A DNA stretch of 56,412 bases, taken from an uncultured Candidatus Bathyarchaeia archaeon. GTDB taxonomy: Archaea > Thermoproteota > Bathyarchaeia > TCS64. The stretch spans positions 1 through 56,412 of the forward strand of contig CAZEMD010000001.1 of NCBI GenBank assembly GCA_964513225.1, read 5' to 3'. This document shows positions 18,535 through 27,795 of this stretch, one piece after another. The position numbers were made by a program, and so were the translations under genes. How positions within the stretch are numbered: the stretch's first letter is position 1; every line of letters starts with the position of its first letter. The notes below the pieces were generated by a model, which was not told the origin of the DNA, did no database searches, and saw only the letters and a list, made by a program, of their open reading frames with translations.

Positions 18535-18919
18535 CCTTCTCGACTTCTTCGTTGCTCACGGCCAAGAACCCGTGGAGAAGCTTGAACTCCACCTTATGGA
18601 TCTTGCCGTCCTTGATCATGTAGGTGCTCTCGCATGGGAGCCAGCCTTTCCTACCCTGCGCCGTCAGAAACGCTATCATGAACTCGTGCTTCGCCGTCGA
18701 TTCATCTACTTCAAATTTTTTTTCCTTGAAGGAAATGAAGGGGAACAACTCAAAGAACTCGCTTGCCCAGGTCAGGATGCTCTCCTTTCCTACAAAATCA
18801 TAGGGTCCCCAGGAGAGCGATGCTCCATCAGAGAATAACCCCCGGATCTCATCTAAGTTTTTTAGGGTTAACGCTTGATAAAAGCCGTAAATAATCTCTT
18901 TGACTCCCTTCTCCAACAT
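18512..18919 (-). CDS. NTF2/SnoaL-like fold protein (putative small isomerase/cyclase-like)
   Basis: A 135-aa protein beginning VKEIIYGFYQALTLKNLDEIRGLFSDGASL, the typical opening of SnoaL/DUF4440-like proteins. It converges on and overlaps the U32 small-subunit gene by 23 nt. Confidence 0.5.
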   Translation of the reverse strand: MLEKGVKEIIYGFYQALTLKNLDEIRGLFSDGASLSWGPYDFVGKESILTWASEFFELFPFISFKEKKFEVDESTAKHEFMIAFLTAQGRKGWLPCESTYMIKDGKIHKVEFKLLHGFLAVSNEEVEKVKPHPTK

Positions 18920-18933
18920 TTATACTTGACCAC

Positions 18934-19335
18934 TCATGACTCCTTATAATCTGGGCGTTTAAATAAACTACGGAGCCAAGAGGAAAAACCGGTGAACCAC
19001 CCCTCTTTCTTAGGCATATGCTTTTCCAGTTCTCGTTGCCTTTGCTTTGTTTTCTTCTTCTCCATTGCCAGTTCTTCGATTCTTTCCTGCAAACGCTTGG
19101 CGTTTATCCCGTAGTTGAAACCCAGCATCTTCACGAAATCTCCGCCCGATCTAGAGAACAGGGTCACGGCAAGGGGGTAGGACATCATGATCCCCAGTTC
19201 TCCAACGACATCACCAAACGGGGCGGTGCCTTCTAGGGCTATTATCGCTAGGTCCTCAAGATCCTGTTTGACTATGTATTGAGCCGCCTGATCTATGAGT
19301 TGCTCCTCGCGCTCAGGGGATATTTCTCCAGACAT
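18934..19335 (-). CDS. small protein E1 of the membrane module (hypothetical)
   Basis: A 133-aa protein with an acidic N-terminus, a hydrophobic core and a Lys/Arg/Glu-rich C-terminal helix. It is alignable with the 42102-42464 product (E..D..I...A..I.K.D..L.AI..LE...P...V.G.L). Confidence 0.6.
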   Translation of the reverse strand: MSGEISPEREEQLIDQAAQYIVKQDLEDLAIIALEGTAPFGDVVGELGIMMSYPLAVTLFSRSGGDFVKMLGFNYGINAKRLQERIEELAMEKKKTKQRQRELEKHMPKKEGWFTGFSSWLRSLFKRPDYKES

Positions 19336-19589
19336 TCTCAGTGATTCAATTCCTGTACACCTTGGATCGTAATAAAGATTGATGGTTTAGTAAGTTAAAA
19401 CATCCTTTTTTTAAATATATATTTACCGTGAGAAACAAACTGCACTAAAAAACAATAACTTAAAACATCAAAAACCATTGACACTTTAATGCCTTTAATG
19501 CAGAAAAACGTTATATAATCAATTATTTCATTTAGTGGGGAAATGCATGTGCATCATGCATTTGAAAAGAAAAACTGAGTGAAAAAAAA

Positions 19590-20351
19590 ATGGCAATAGT
19601 AAGACTGGACATTCTAATTGTATTCGTCGGATCTTTCGCAACACTACTGATCTCATCCTTCGTCCTTAGAGGGGTGAAGCTACGCATGATACCCACCGTG
19701 GAGGCTTCGATCGAAGCCGTCAGGGTGGCTACTGAGAAAGGGACGCCTGTCTTGTTCGACACTGGATGGACCGGCGCCAACTTCTGGGGGAACTCAACTG
19801 GTTTGACAACTCTCTGCTTCGTACCAGCCACTCTCGAACTGCTGAAGGCCATGTCGGTCGAGGCAGGGCGCCTCGATGTCAGAATCATCACCGGCACCAG
19901 AAACCCTGTTTATGCATTGATGTCCCGTGACTTCATGGAGGCAGGATACGCCATGAGTGGGCATCCTGATAGGTTTAATCCAGACGACATCAACTTCTAC
20001 CCTGATAACACCGCGCTCATCATATCAGACGTGGAGTTAGTTCACAGACACAACATCGGAGCCGCTGTGATGATCGGGGGGCACAGCCAGACCTCTAACA
20101 TCGTCGTCTACGAGGCATTAGCCACGACGGGGGCGATGCTCGTCGCAGGAGAGATATGGCCCAACGACAACTCGATGGCGGCCCTCTGCGCCGACTATCT
20201 AAGCTTCGCAGAAGAAAACGTAGCCATAGGCGCGTATCTAACCGAAGACCCTGTACCAAAGGCGATCCTAGCAGGGGAAGACCTCATCAAAGGCTTCCTG
20301 ATCGCGGTGGTAATACTAGGCGGCGCGCTCTTCAGCTTGGGGGTACTCTAA
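19590..20351 (+). CDS. membrane module subunit A1 (hypothetical; TM at both ends, central about 200-aa domain)
   Basis: Hydrophobic N-terminal LDILIVFVGSFATLLISSFVL and C-terminal LIKGFLIAVVILGGALFSLGVL. It is a paralog of 38991-39797, with shared ...LCADY/ICDY..(E)E..A.GAY..EDP... segments. Confidence 0.7.
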   Translation: MAIVRLDILIVFVGSFATLLISSFVLRGVKLRMIPTVEASIEAVRVATEKGTPVLFDTGWTGANFWGNSTGLTTLCFVPATLELLKAMSVEAGRLDVRIITGTRNPVYALMSRDFMEAGYAMSGHPDRFNPDDINFYPDNTALIISDVELVHRHNIGAAVMIGGHSQTSNIVVYEALATTGAMLVAGEIWPNDNSMAALCADYLSFAEENVAIGAYLTEDPVPKAILAGEDLIKGFLIAVVILGGALFSLGVL

Positions 20352-20990
20352 ATGGTGGAACAAGATCAATCGATCTCTAGTCAGATCATGGCTAACCTTC
20401 CCACGGTGTTGGGCGTCATTTGCATGTTCATAATCTCTACTCTTTACTTCATGGTCCCTGGTTGGAACTTCGCCATATTCATAAGGAACTCCACCACTCT
20501 GTCTCTCCCGTGGCCAGCCGCCATAGTATCAGTGCTGCTTGTACGGAAACATATCAACAACATACTCAAGAAAGAGTCCACCCTGCCCTACGACGTCATA
20601 GTCGTTGGTTCAGCAGTGATAATAGTCCTACTTGGGCTAATCGGTGGAACCAATGAACCAACCTTCAAAACACTATACGAGAACATCAACATAATCGGGA
20701 CGATGTCGATAACATCGGCGATCGCTATCAGCATATTCTCGCCGATGATACGAATATACCGCGCTAAGACACCCACAATGGCTCTGCTGATTGGGTTGAG
20801 CTGCCTGGCGTTCGCGACATACACGCCTCTCGGCCAGATGATACACCCGATCATTCCCCAAATGGGAGACTTCGTACAATCATACATCTCGGGCGCATCT
20901 GACTCTGCGTTCTGGATAAGCACGTACATCGGAGCCATCGCTCTGTTGACTCGAATGATTCTGCTAAAGGAGAAGCTGAAGCCAGGTTAG
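20352..20990 (+). CDS. membrane module subunit B1 (hypothetical polytopic membrane protein)
   Basis: Its start directly follows the A1 stop. It has about 6 hydrophobic segments and is a paralog of 39807-40460 (shared Y.N....G......A..I.S...R..RA motif). Confidence 0.7.
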   Translation: MVEQDQSISSQIMANLPTVLGVICMFIISTLYFMVPGWNFAIFIRNSTTLSLPWPAAIVSVLLVRKHINNILKKESTLPYDVIVVGSAVIIVLLGLIGGTNEPTFKTLYENINIIGTMSITSAIAISIFSPMIRIYRAKTPTMALLIGLSCLAFATYTPLGQMIHPIIPQMGDFVQSYISGASDSAFWISTYIGAIALLTRMILLKEKLKPG

Positions 20991-20995
20991 GAGGA

Positions 20996-21880
20996 ATGAA
21001 AATGAGCAGTTTAAATCTAAGTGATAAACGCTGGATCTACATCCTGATATTCGCCATCATCACCATCTCATCGATAGCGCCCGTAGCGTTCCCCCTGCCA
21101 ATAATGCAGTGGAGCAGAGACTTCTACAGCACGATTGACGAAGGCGTGGTCGTGGACTTCGCCGACCCTCCAAGAAACTTTGAGGGGGTAACCGAAGGTA
21201 CACGCGTCATGATCCTTTGTAGCGGAGAGGTCGATAAGCTCTGGGGAGACATGAGTGAGGCTGTGACAGTCGTCTGGAAGGACCTCAAGTCCAGAGGGGC
21301 AAACATACTCCTTTGGACATCGAGCCCAAGCAACGAAGCCACACTAAACAAGTATCTCCTACCGCTGATGTACGGCCCACGGCCCCAGGATCACCCAGAC
21401 TACGGCGTCAAGTTTGTTAACCTAGGCTACGTCGCCGGAGGAAACGGACTCCTCGAACAGTGGAAGGACTCCGTCGTGGCGATAACACCAAACGATGCCT
21501 ACGGAAACAATCTTGCAGACCTACCTATGATGGAAACCTTCGATGAGCTAAAGGCCGAATGTGACCTCATGATAGGACTGGACGCCCGTGGCTTGGAGAC
21601 GATATACGTGGTACGTTTCAACACACCGCTGTTGGAGATGGGAGGAACAGACTCCGCTTCATACCTGGCGCTGAGCTACACCGCAGGATACTTCAAAGGT
21701 ATGCTGATGGGTCAGAGAGGCGGCGCCGAGTATGAGCTACTGTCTGGCATCCCAGGCAAGTCTTTCGCATATCTGCAGAACGCGCTGACAATAGGGATAG
21801 TAATGATCGCGCTAATGATTGTAATGAACGTCAGATGGTATCTAACCAAGGAGTCCCAAGTATCGGAGGGGGTAAGCTAA
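20996..21880 (+). CDS. membrane module subunit C1 (hypothetical; TM at both ends, central soluble domain)
   Basis: N-terminal WIYILIFAIITISSIAPVAF and C-terminal LTIGIVMIALMIVMNV hydrophobic segments. It is a paralog of 40462-41301 (shared NLGY(V/I)AGG and GGAEYE(L/Y)L.G.PG motifs). Confidence 0.7.
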   Translation: MKMSSLNLSDKRWIYILIFAIITISSIAPVAFPLPIMQWSRDFYSTIDEGVVVDFADPPRNFEGVTEGTRVMILCSGEVDKLWGDMSEAVTVVWKDLKSRGANILLWTSSPSNEATLNKYLLPLMYGPRPQDHPDYGVKFVNLGYVAGGNGLLEQWKDSVVAITPNDAYGNNLADLPMMETFDELKAECDLMIGLDARGLETIYVVRFNTPLLEMGGTDSASYLALSYTAGYFKGMLMGQRGGAEYELLSGIPGKSFAYLQNALTIGIVMIALMIVMNVRWYLTKESQVSEGVS

Positions 21881-22594
21881 ATGGCGTCACCAATTGAACC
21901 ACTTATGCCCTACCTGAACACCTTCATATTCTTCGCAGCCTACACCGTGCTGTACAAGCACAACCCGGTGTATCGTATAGCGCAGAGCCTCATAGTAGGC
22001 GTAGGCGCTGGATATCTCTTCGTGTCGCAAATCAACGCCTTCAACAGGACCGTAGCCTCGCAGACCTTCGTAGACGGACAATTAAACGCATCTATGATAG
22101 CGCCCTGGATCATCGGTATAGGTTACCTGGCGATCTTCTCACAGAAGACCATCAACATCTACAGGTTCATGTCGATACTGACTTTAACGGTCGGTATGGG
22201 TGTGGCTTTACCGTATGGTCCAGCCGTGTTCTGGACAGTTACGAAGTCGTACGCAGAAAACGCGTTCAACTTCATAACCGACGGAATATCAGTGGCGTCC
22301 ATAGGCGCCGTGGTGACTGCCTTGAGCTACATCTTTGGTCTCAGCTACTTCTTCTTCTCGGACTTCGCTTCGAAGCCCACGGAAGTACCTAGAAAACTAG
22401 GTCGTATAGTGCTGCTGATCTACACGGCCATGACCATCGTGACGACGGCGCTGGGCAAGGTCAACCTCGTACAGTGGAAGATGCTTGACGCTATTCAAGG
22501 TGTTCCCGCTACTTGGTGGATACCTGCGCTGATGTTCGTAGCGATGCTCGTAGACCACTTCTACCCGCTGAAAAACCTGATCTCACGAAACTAG
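21881..22594 (+). CDS. membrane module subunit D1 (hypothetical polytopic membrane protein)
   Basis: Its start abuts the C1 stop. It has multiple hydrophobic segments and is a paralog of 41298-41978 (shared AY.VL...NP..RI.......G...GY.F). Confidence 0.7.
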   Translation: MASPIEPLMPYLNTFIFFAAYTVLYKHNPVYRIAQSLIVGVGAGYLFVSQINAFNRTVASQTFVDGQLNASMIAPWIIGIGYLAIFSQKTINIYRFMSILTLTVGMGVALPYGPAVFWTVTKSYAENAFNFITDGISVASIGAVVTALSYIFGLSYFFFSDFASKPTEVPRKLGRIVLLIYTAMTIVTTALGKVNLVQWKMLDAIQGVPATWWIPALMFVAMLVDHFYPLKNLISRN

Positions 22595-22901
22595 ATCCCA
22601 CTCCCTTTTTATTATTCTACTTTTTGTTTTCTAGCTATACTGTGCTTCATATCTTTCTGGTTTATAGTTAGGTCAAAATCTTGTATCTACAGGGCGATGT
22701 AAGTTCTTTTAAATACAATATTAAACAATTTAATCATTATATACGATGCCAAGATTAAACTATACTTATAATTATGAATAAAACATATAATTGCTTTGTA
22801 TGTTGTTACGGTTTCTAATGTTTATTTTTTCCTAGATGATTTATATTATGTTTAGTTTCTTAAAATGATTTAAAAAAACGGAGTTTAATCATTAAAACAT
22901 T

Positions 22902-22912
22902 AAAGATATATC
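22902..22912 (+). promoter_or_regulatory. candidate TATA box of ADH paralog 2
   Basis: aaagatatatc is centred about 27 nt upstream of the ATG at 22935, consistent with a near-leaderless archaeal transcript. It is conserved with paralog 1. Confidence 0.35.
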
Positions 22913-22934
22913 TATAAATAGCATATACTAGACG

Positions 22935-24005
22935 ATGGATTTACCAAAAACAAGGAAAGCGGCTGTTAAGACCGCTGAAGGAACCTTCGAGATAAAAGAA
23001 GTGCCAATGCCAGAGATAACCCAGCCCGACTACGTCCTCGTCAAAGTACGGGGCACAGGGGTATGCGGAAGCGACCTCCACTCATGGAAAGTACCTAGAC
23101 CTGAGTCTGTGGGTAGGATAACCGGCCACGAGGTGGCAGGCGACATCGTCGCCGTCGGCGATGATGTTACTAACGTGAAACCCGGCGACAGGGTGGGCGT
23201 GGACACGGTGATAGGCTGCGGGAAGTGTTACTGGTGCAGAGTCGGACAGTACCACATATGTCCACAGCGCTCCGAGATAAGAGGCAGAACCTTTGCCCAG
23301 GGCTTCTCCGAGTACGTCGTAGGGCCCTCGGACCACGTCTACCCGATACCCGACCACGTCGGGTACGGCGAGGCCGCCATCATGGACGTCTACGGCACCA
23401 GCGTGCACGCCATCAACAGGACTAACACGCACATGGGGCAGACCGTGGTCATCATCGGAGCCGGCCCCATCGGGCAAAGCCTCCTAGACCTGGTGAACGT
23501 TACCGGAGCCAACGGGATAATCATCGACATCATCGACAACACCCTAGAGTTCGCTGAGAACACCATAGGAGCATACGCGACCATCAACTCCACCAAGGTG
23601 GACCCCGTGAAGAGGGTCATGGAGCTCACAGATGGGATGGGGGCGGACAAGGTGTTCGACTGCGTGGGCGGCGGGGCTTCCCCTACGATACTGAAACAGG
23701 CCGTCGAGATGGTTCGGAGGAAGGGTCAGGTGGCTCTCATAGGGGCCATGAGGCCGGGCGCGTCGTTATCGGTGGACTGGCGTAAGCTTCACTGGGGAGA
23801 GATCGACGTGGTACCGGTGTCGGGCTTCTACCACTGGGAGAACGACCCCGAGTTCAAGATAGTAACCGATCTACTCATCAAGGGCAAGCTTCACGCCACG
23901 GAGATGATCACCCACAAGTTCCCGTTGGAGAAGATCAACGAGGCCTTCGAGACCGCCGCAGACAAGAAGAAGACCAACTCCATCAAGGTCGTAATCGAGC
24001 AATAG
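22935..24005 (+). CDS. Zn-dependent alcohol/polyol dehydrogenase, paralog 2 of the inverted pair
   Basis: It carries the same motifs as 9693-10757 and an identical C-terminus, KKKTNSIKVVIEQ. Confidence 0.87.
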   Translation: MDLPKTRKAAVKTAEGTFEIKEVPMPEITQPDYVLVKVRGTGVCGSDLHSWKVPRPESVGRITGHEVAGDIVAVGDDVTNVKPGDRVGVDTVIGCGKCYWCRVGQYHICPQRSEIRGRTFAQGFSEYVVGPSDHVYPIPDHVGYGEAAIMDVYGTSVHAINRTNTHMGQTVVIIGAGPIGQSLLDLVNVTGANGIIIDIIDNTLEFAENTIGAYATINSTKVDPVKRVMELTDGMGADKVFDCVGGGASPTILKQAVEMVRRKGQVALIGAMRPGASLSVDWRKLHWGEIDVVPVSGFYHWENDPEFKIVTDLLIKGKLHATEMITHKFPLEKINEAFETAADKKKTNSIKVVIEQ

Positions 24006-24139
24006 CTTACTCCTTTCTTTTTATTGTTTTTTCATCAAACATTGTAGCCGAGGGGCATAACTGAATGTTTTATTCCCGGTCTGTGGCTTCCTGAGGTTAA
24101 AGTCGGGAGCGCGGAAACGCTTAGAGGATGATTCACGCG

Positions 24140-25366
24140 TCAAGATATTGTTGTAGTCTGGCTCTTCAGCGTCTCGGGGACTCTAAAGGCGAATAGAGGT
24201 GTTCTAATGAACGCCTCCAGGACGAATGGGATTAGGAAGATGAGGGCGGGATTTACTTTGTAGAGGAACCCGCCCAAGATGGGTGCGGGTATCCGGAAGA
24301 CGCTGTTTATGGTGCTGGTGATTCCCAGCCATCTTCCCCTCTGCTCTGGATGCACAAGTTCGAGGCTCCATGTCTGTAAGGAGTTGCTGCTCCTGCTGAT
24401 TCCTCTAAATATCCATACGACGTACAGCCAGTAGGGGTGTCTGCCGAAGACTATTATCGGTAGCCAGAGGATGCGGGCGGGCCTGGTGATTAGGACCGCG
24501 AATCTTCTTCCCCTGGTGTCTGCGATCCTGCTTATTGGTATGGAGAGTATTATCATCGTGAGTGTTTCGACGGTGGTGAGTAGGCCGATGGTGAGGGCGT
24601 CTGCTCCCTTGACCTCGTTGGCGTATAGGAACACGAAGGGGCCCGTCATGCCCATGGTGATGGCCGCGACGCTGCTGGCGCCGATCCATGCCCTCAAGCC
24701 TTTCCCGCCTCTGAACACTTCTCGGAAATCCTGGAGGAAGGACCCGTTCCCGTCTCTGCGCTCGGGAGGGACGTCGGCCAGCTTCAGGTAGACGTAGACA
24801 TAGGCGGCGATCAACCCGACGAGTCGTATGAGGTAGAGGGGTCTTATGCCCTCGACTGTTAGGCCACCGAAGTACATGACCAGCAGGGCGGCGGGGATCG
24901 GCGCCATGATGCCCATAAACTGGGTGATCATCTGGCGGATACCGAAGCCCTGCGCCCTGTCCACATCTCTGAGGCTCTTGGAGATCATGATGTTCTGGCT
25001 TCTCATCATCAGAGCCTGTGTGAAGGGTTCAAGCATCATGGCGATCAGTATCCAGGTCCAGTCCTTGGCGAAGGCGTAGAGGGCGATCATGATCACCTGG
25101 ATCGCCATGCCGATGCCCGTCACCCACTTCAGGTTATATCTGTCCGAGATCCAGCCCGAGGGTAAGGAGATGAACATGTTGATGGCGCTGCTCAGGCTTC
25201 CCAGGAAGCCCAGTGTAACCTCGTCCGCCCCCAGGCCCGTGATGTATATGGAGTTGTAGCTGCTCGTAAGGTTCATGAAGAAGTTGGCTGCCGCGCTCCT
25301 CATCAAAAGTATTCGATAATTGTGGCTCTGCCTCTTGAGGAAGCCACGGAAGCCTTCGACAACCAT
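24140..25366 (-). CDS. MFS-type transporter
   Basis: A 408-aa protein with about 12 hydrophobic segments and a SDRYNLK / TRGRR loop pattern. It lies directly downstream of the ChlD-like gene. Confidence 0.75.
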   Translation of the reverse strand: MVVEGFRGFLKRQSHNYRILLMRSAAANFFMNLTSSYNSIYITGLGADEVTLGFLGSLSSAINMFISLPSGWISDRYNLKWVTGIGMAIQVIMIALYAFAKDWTWILIAMMLEPFTQALMMRSQNIMISKSLRDVDRAQGFGIRQMITQFMGIMAPIPAALLVMYFGGLTVEGIRPLYLIRLVGLIAAYVYVYLKLADVPPERRDGNGSFLQDFREVFRGGKGLRAWIGASSVAAITMGMTGPFVFLYANEVKGADALTIGLLTTVETLTMIILSIPISRIADTRGRRFAVLITRPARILWLPIIVFGRHPYWLYVVWIFRGISRSSNSLQTWSLELVHPEQRGRWLGITSTINSVFRIPAPILGGFLYKVNPALIFLIPFVLEAFIRTPLFAFRVPETLKSQTTTIS

Positions 25367-25416
25367 AGCCCCCCCTAATGCCTCAGGTCTTAAAAATGAA
25401 ACCCATCGCTGAGCGT

Positions 25417-27795
25417 TTACTGCCTGCCTCTCTGAAGCCTCAGCCCCACGTACTCGCCCTTCGACGCCCGTGCCAGCTCCTTCAGGAACTGGGTGGGCCT
25501 CAGCCTGAGCCTGTTTCCCTCCTCCCTGGGGCGCTCCTCCTCCTCCAGGCTTGAGTGCTTGGTGTTGAAGACGTGTACCTTTATCTCCTCCTTGGCCAAG
25601 AGGCGCGCCACGTCGAAGGCGTCTGCCTGGGCCTCGCTGGAGTATCTTCGCCTGGTGAGGGGGGACAGGGGGGTGTCCAGCGGGACGTTGACTATCCCGT
25701 CGGAGACGATGTACAGGTGAGGGACGGCGTCCCTGTTCCTCAGCTTCTCCTGCTTCAGCGTCTTCCAGGCCTGGAACATGCCCGCGGCGAGGGGCGTGAA
25801 GTCGCTGGCGCCCACGGTCCTCAGCTTCTTGACCACCAGGTCCAGGTTCCTCGTGGGGTGTTGGAGGGTGTACGCCTTCTTTCCCTTGAAGACCACCAAG
25901 CCTACCCTGTCCCGGCGGCGGTAGACCTCGCTGTGTAGGCTGTAGATGGTCTCCACTATGTTGTCCACGGACTCGATCATGGAGAGGCTCATGTCCACCA
26001 GGAGGACTATGGAGTATGGCGCGGAGTACTCCCTGACCTTCTCCCTGATGTCCTCAGGCTTGATCACCAGCCCCCTGCCGCGTCGCGGCCTCTCGTACTG
26101 CTTCATGGAGGCGGCCTTTATGGTGGGCACTATGGCGACGTCCCTGGGCTTGCCCTGGGGGACATGGTACCACGCGTACCTCCCCTTGGAGGACGAGGAG
26201 ACGGACTGAGCCCTTCTCCCCCCTGAGCCCCCCCGGCCCTTAACCCGTGCTCCTGTGCGCCTCCTCGTGACGGCCCTCCTGTACATCGACTCCAGGGAGC
26301 CGAGTATCTTGGGCCCATACTTCAGCCCGGAGGCGTCCTCACCCACGTATCTCACCGTTCCTTGGAGACCTTCGCCCGATGCCGTCAGCTGGGACGGCGA
26401 GGTCTCGGTGAGTCTGCCGGAGGCGTTCAGCTTGAGGTCCTGGTCCATGAGCCCAAGGATCACCTCCTCTCGCCTGCGTCTCCTGTTTAACCCCCAGTCA
26501 ACCACGAGAATGAACAACAACGCGAGGAGCGCCTCCAAGGCGAACAACGTCGGCGTGAGAGACGCGACAACCACATTTGACCTTACCCAGTCGAGCGAGT
26601 ACGCCGTGGATAAGTAGACCACGGTGAACGACAACGCCCTGAGAGCCTTTTGGGCGAGGGACCGCCTCAGGAGGCCCTCCACCAGCCTCGCGGGAAGGGT
26701 GATGATGCGGGCTATCTGCGGCAGATCGACGTTGAGTCTCTGATACCTCTCCGCCCACTTCAGGGCCCTTCTGATCTCGCTCCTCTCCGGCGGAGGCGTC
26801 AGACCCGATCTGCGGGTCCTGTGCCCCAGGGTCAGCTCCAGCGCGGCGGTGACGTCCCCGCGTTCCACCTCGTCCCTTCTGTGGAAGGCGGCCAGCGCCT
26901 TCGCGGCCTTGACGGTCACCACGTCGGGCCTGAAGCCGTCCACCCTGAGCCTGTTGCACGTGTCGGCCACCAGCGGGTACACCTCGTCTGGGACGTGGAC
27001 TTGGGGCAGCAGCGTCCTGGCGTCCACGATCCTTCTCCGGAGTTCCTCTAGGCTCTCCCGGTGCCTCTCGATGAAGCCGTAGGGGTCGTCGGCGTACATC
27101 TCGTTACTTTTCAACGCCTGGGCCCGGGAGGCGGAGTCCTGGAGGCTGTGGGTCTCGGCGAATACGCTGAACCTATCCAGTATCTGGGGCCTGAGATCGC
27201 CCTCCTCGGGGTTCATGGTGCCCACGAGGATGAACCTCGAGGGGTGCTGCACCGATACGCCCTCCCTTTCCACGATGTTCCACCCCGACGCGGCGGCGTC
27301 CAGTATGCTGTCGGTGATGTGGTCTGGGAGCAGGTTCACCTCGTCGATGTAGAGGATGCTCTGGTTGGCCTCGGCGAGGAGCCCCTTGTCCAGCGCCTTG
27401 GCCCCCATGGTCACGGCCTTGTCCAGGTCTATGCTGCCCACCAGCATGTCCTCGGTGACGCTGAGGGGGACATGCACCAACCTCATGGGGGTCGTCTCGA
27501 CGGGCGGCGGCCCGCCGTCGAAGAACCTGGTCTTACAGGAGGCGCACATGTTCGTCGGGTCCCTGGGGCTGCAGTGATAGGGGCAGCCTTGGACCTGCTC
27601 CACGTCCGGAAGCACCCTTGAGAAGGAGTTGACCAGCAGCGACTTCCCCGTCCCCTTTGGGCCGGAGACGAGGGCGCCCCCCATGGTGGGGTCTATGGCG
27701 TTGATTATGAGCACCGTCTTTGCCTCCTCCTGGCCCACGACGGCGGTGAAGGGGTAGAAGGGTCTCTGCTGCCTCAGCTGGATGCTTTCAACCAT
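25417..27795 (-). CDS. ChlD/BchD-like protein: AAA+ module, hydrophobic segment(s), C-terminal vWA domain
   Basis: Walker A GPKGTGKS, Walker B ILYIDEVN, and [12 protein letters not shown]. The central LTPTLFALEALLALLFILVVDWGL is strongly hydrophobic. The C-terminal VLLVDMSLSM is a MIDAS DxSxS motif. Confidence 0.8.
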   Translation of the reverse strand: MVESIQLRQQRPFYPFTAVVGQEEAKTVLIINAIDPTMGGALVSGPKGTGKSLLVNSFSRVLPDVEQVQGCPYHCSPRDPTNMCASCKTRFFDGGPPPVETTPMRLVHVPLSVTEDMLVGSIDLDKAVTMGAKALDKGLLAEANQSILYIDEVNLLPDHITDSILDAAASGWNIVEREGVSVQHPSRFILVGTMNPEEGDLRPQILDRFSVFAETHSLQDSASRAQALKSNEMYADDPYGFIERHRESLEELRRRIVDARTLLPQVHVPDEVYPLVADTCNRLRVDGFRPDVVTVKAAKALAAFHRRDEVERGDVTAALELTLGHRTRRSGLTPPPERSEIRRALKWAERYQRLNVDLPQIARIITLPARLVEGLLRRSLAQKALRALSFTVVYLSTAYSLDWVRSNVVVASLTPTLFALEALLALLFILVVDWGLNRRRRREEVILGLMDQDLKLNASGRLTETSPSQLTASGEGLQGTVRYVGEDASGLKYGPKILGSLESMYRRAVTRRRTGARVKGRGGSGGRRAQSVSSSSKGRYAWYHVPQGKPRDVAIVPTIKAASMKQYERPRRGRGLVIKPEDIREKVREYSAPYSIVLLVDMSLSMIESVDNIVETIYSLHSEVYRRRDRVGLVVFKGKKAYTLQHPTRNLDLVVKKLRTVGASDFTPLAAGMFQAWKTLKQEKLRNRDAVPHLYIVSDGIVNVPLDTPLSPLTRRRYSSEAQADAFDVARLLAKEEIKVHVFNTKHSSLEEEERPREEGNRLRLRPTQFLKELARASKGEYVGLRLQRGRQ

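Larger units (their letters stand above)
22890..24040. repeat. right arm of the about 1.1 kb inverted duplication
   Basis: See 9665-10800. The two arms face outward and bracket 10.8-22.9 kb. Confidence 0.85.
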
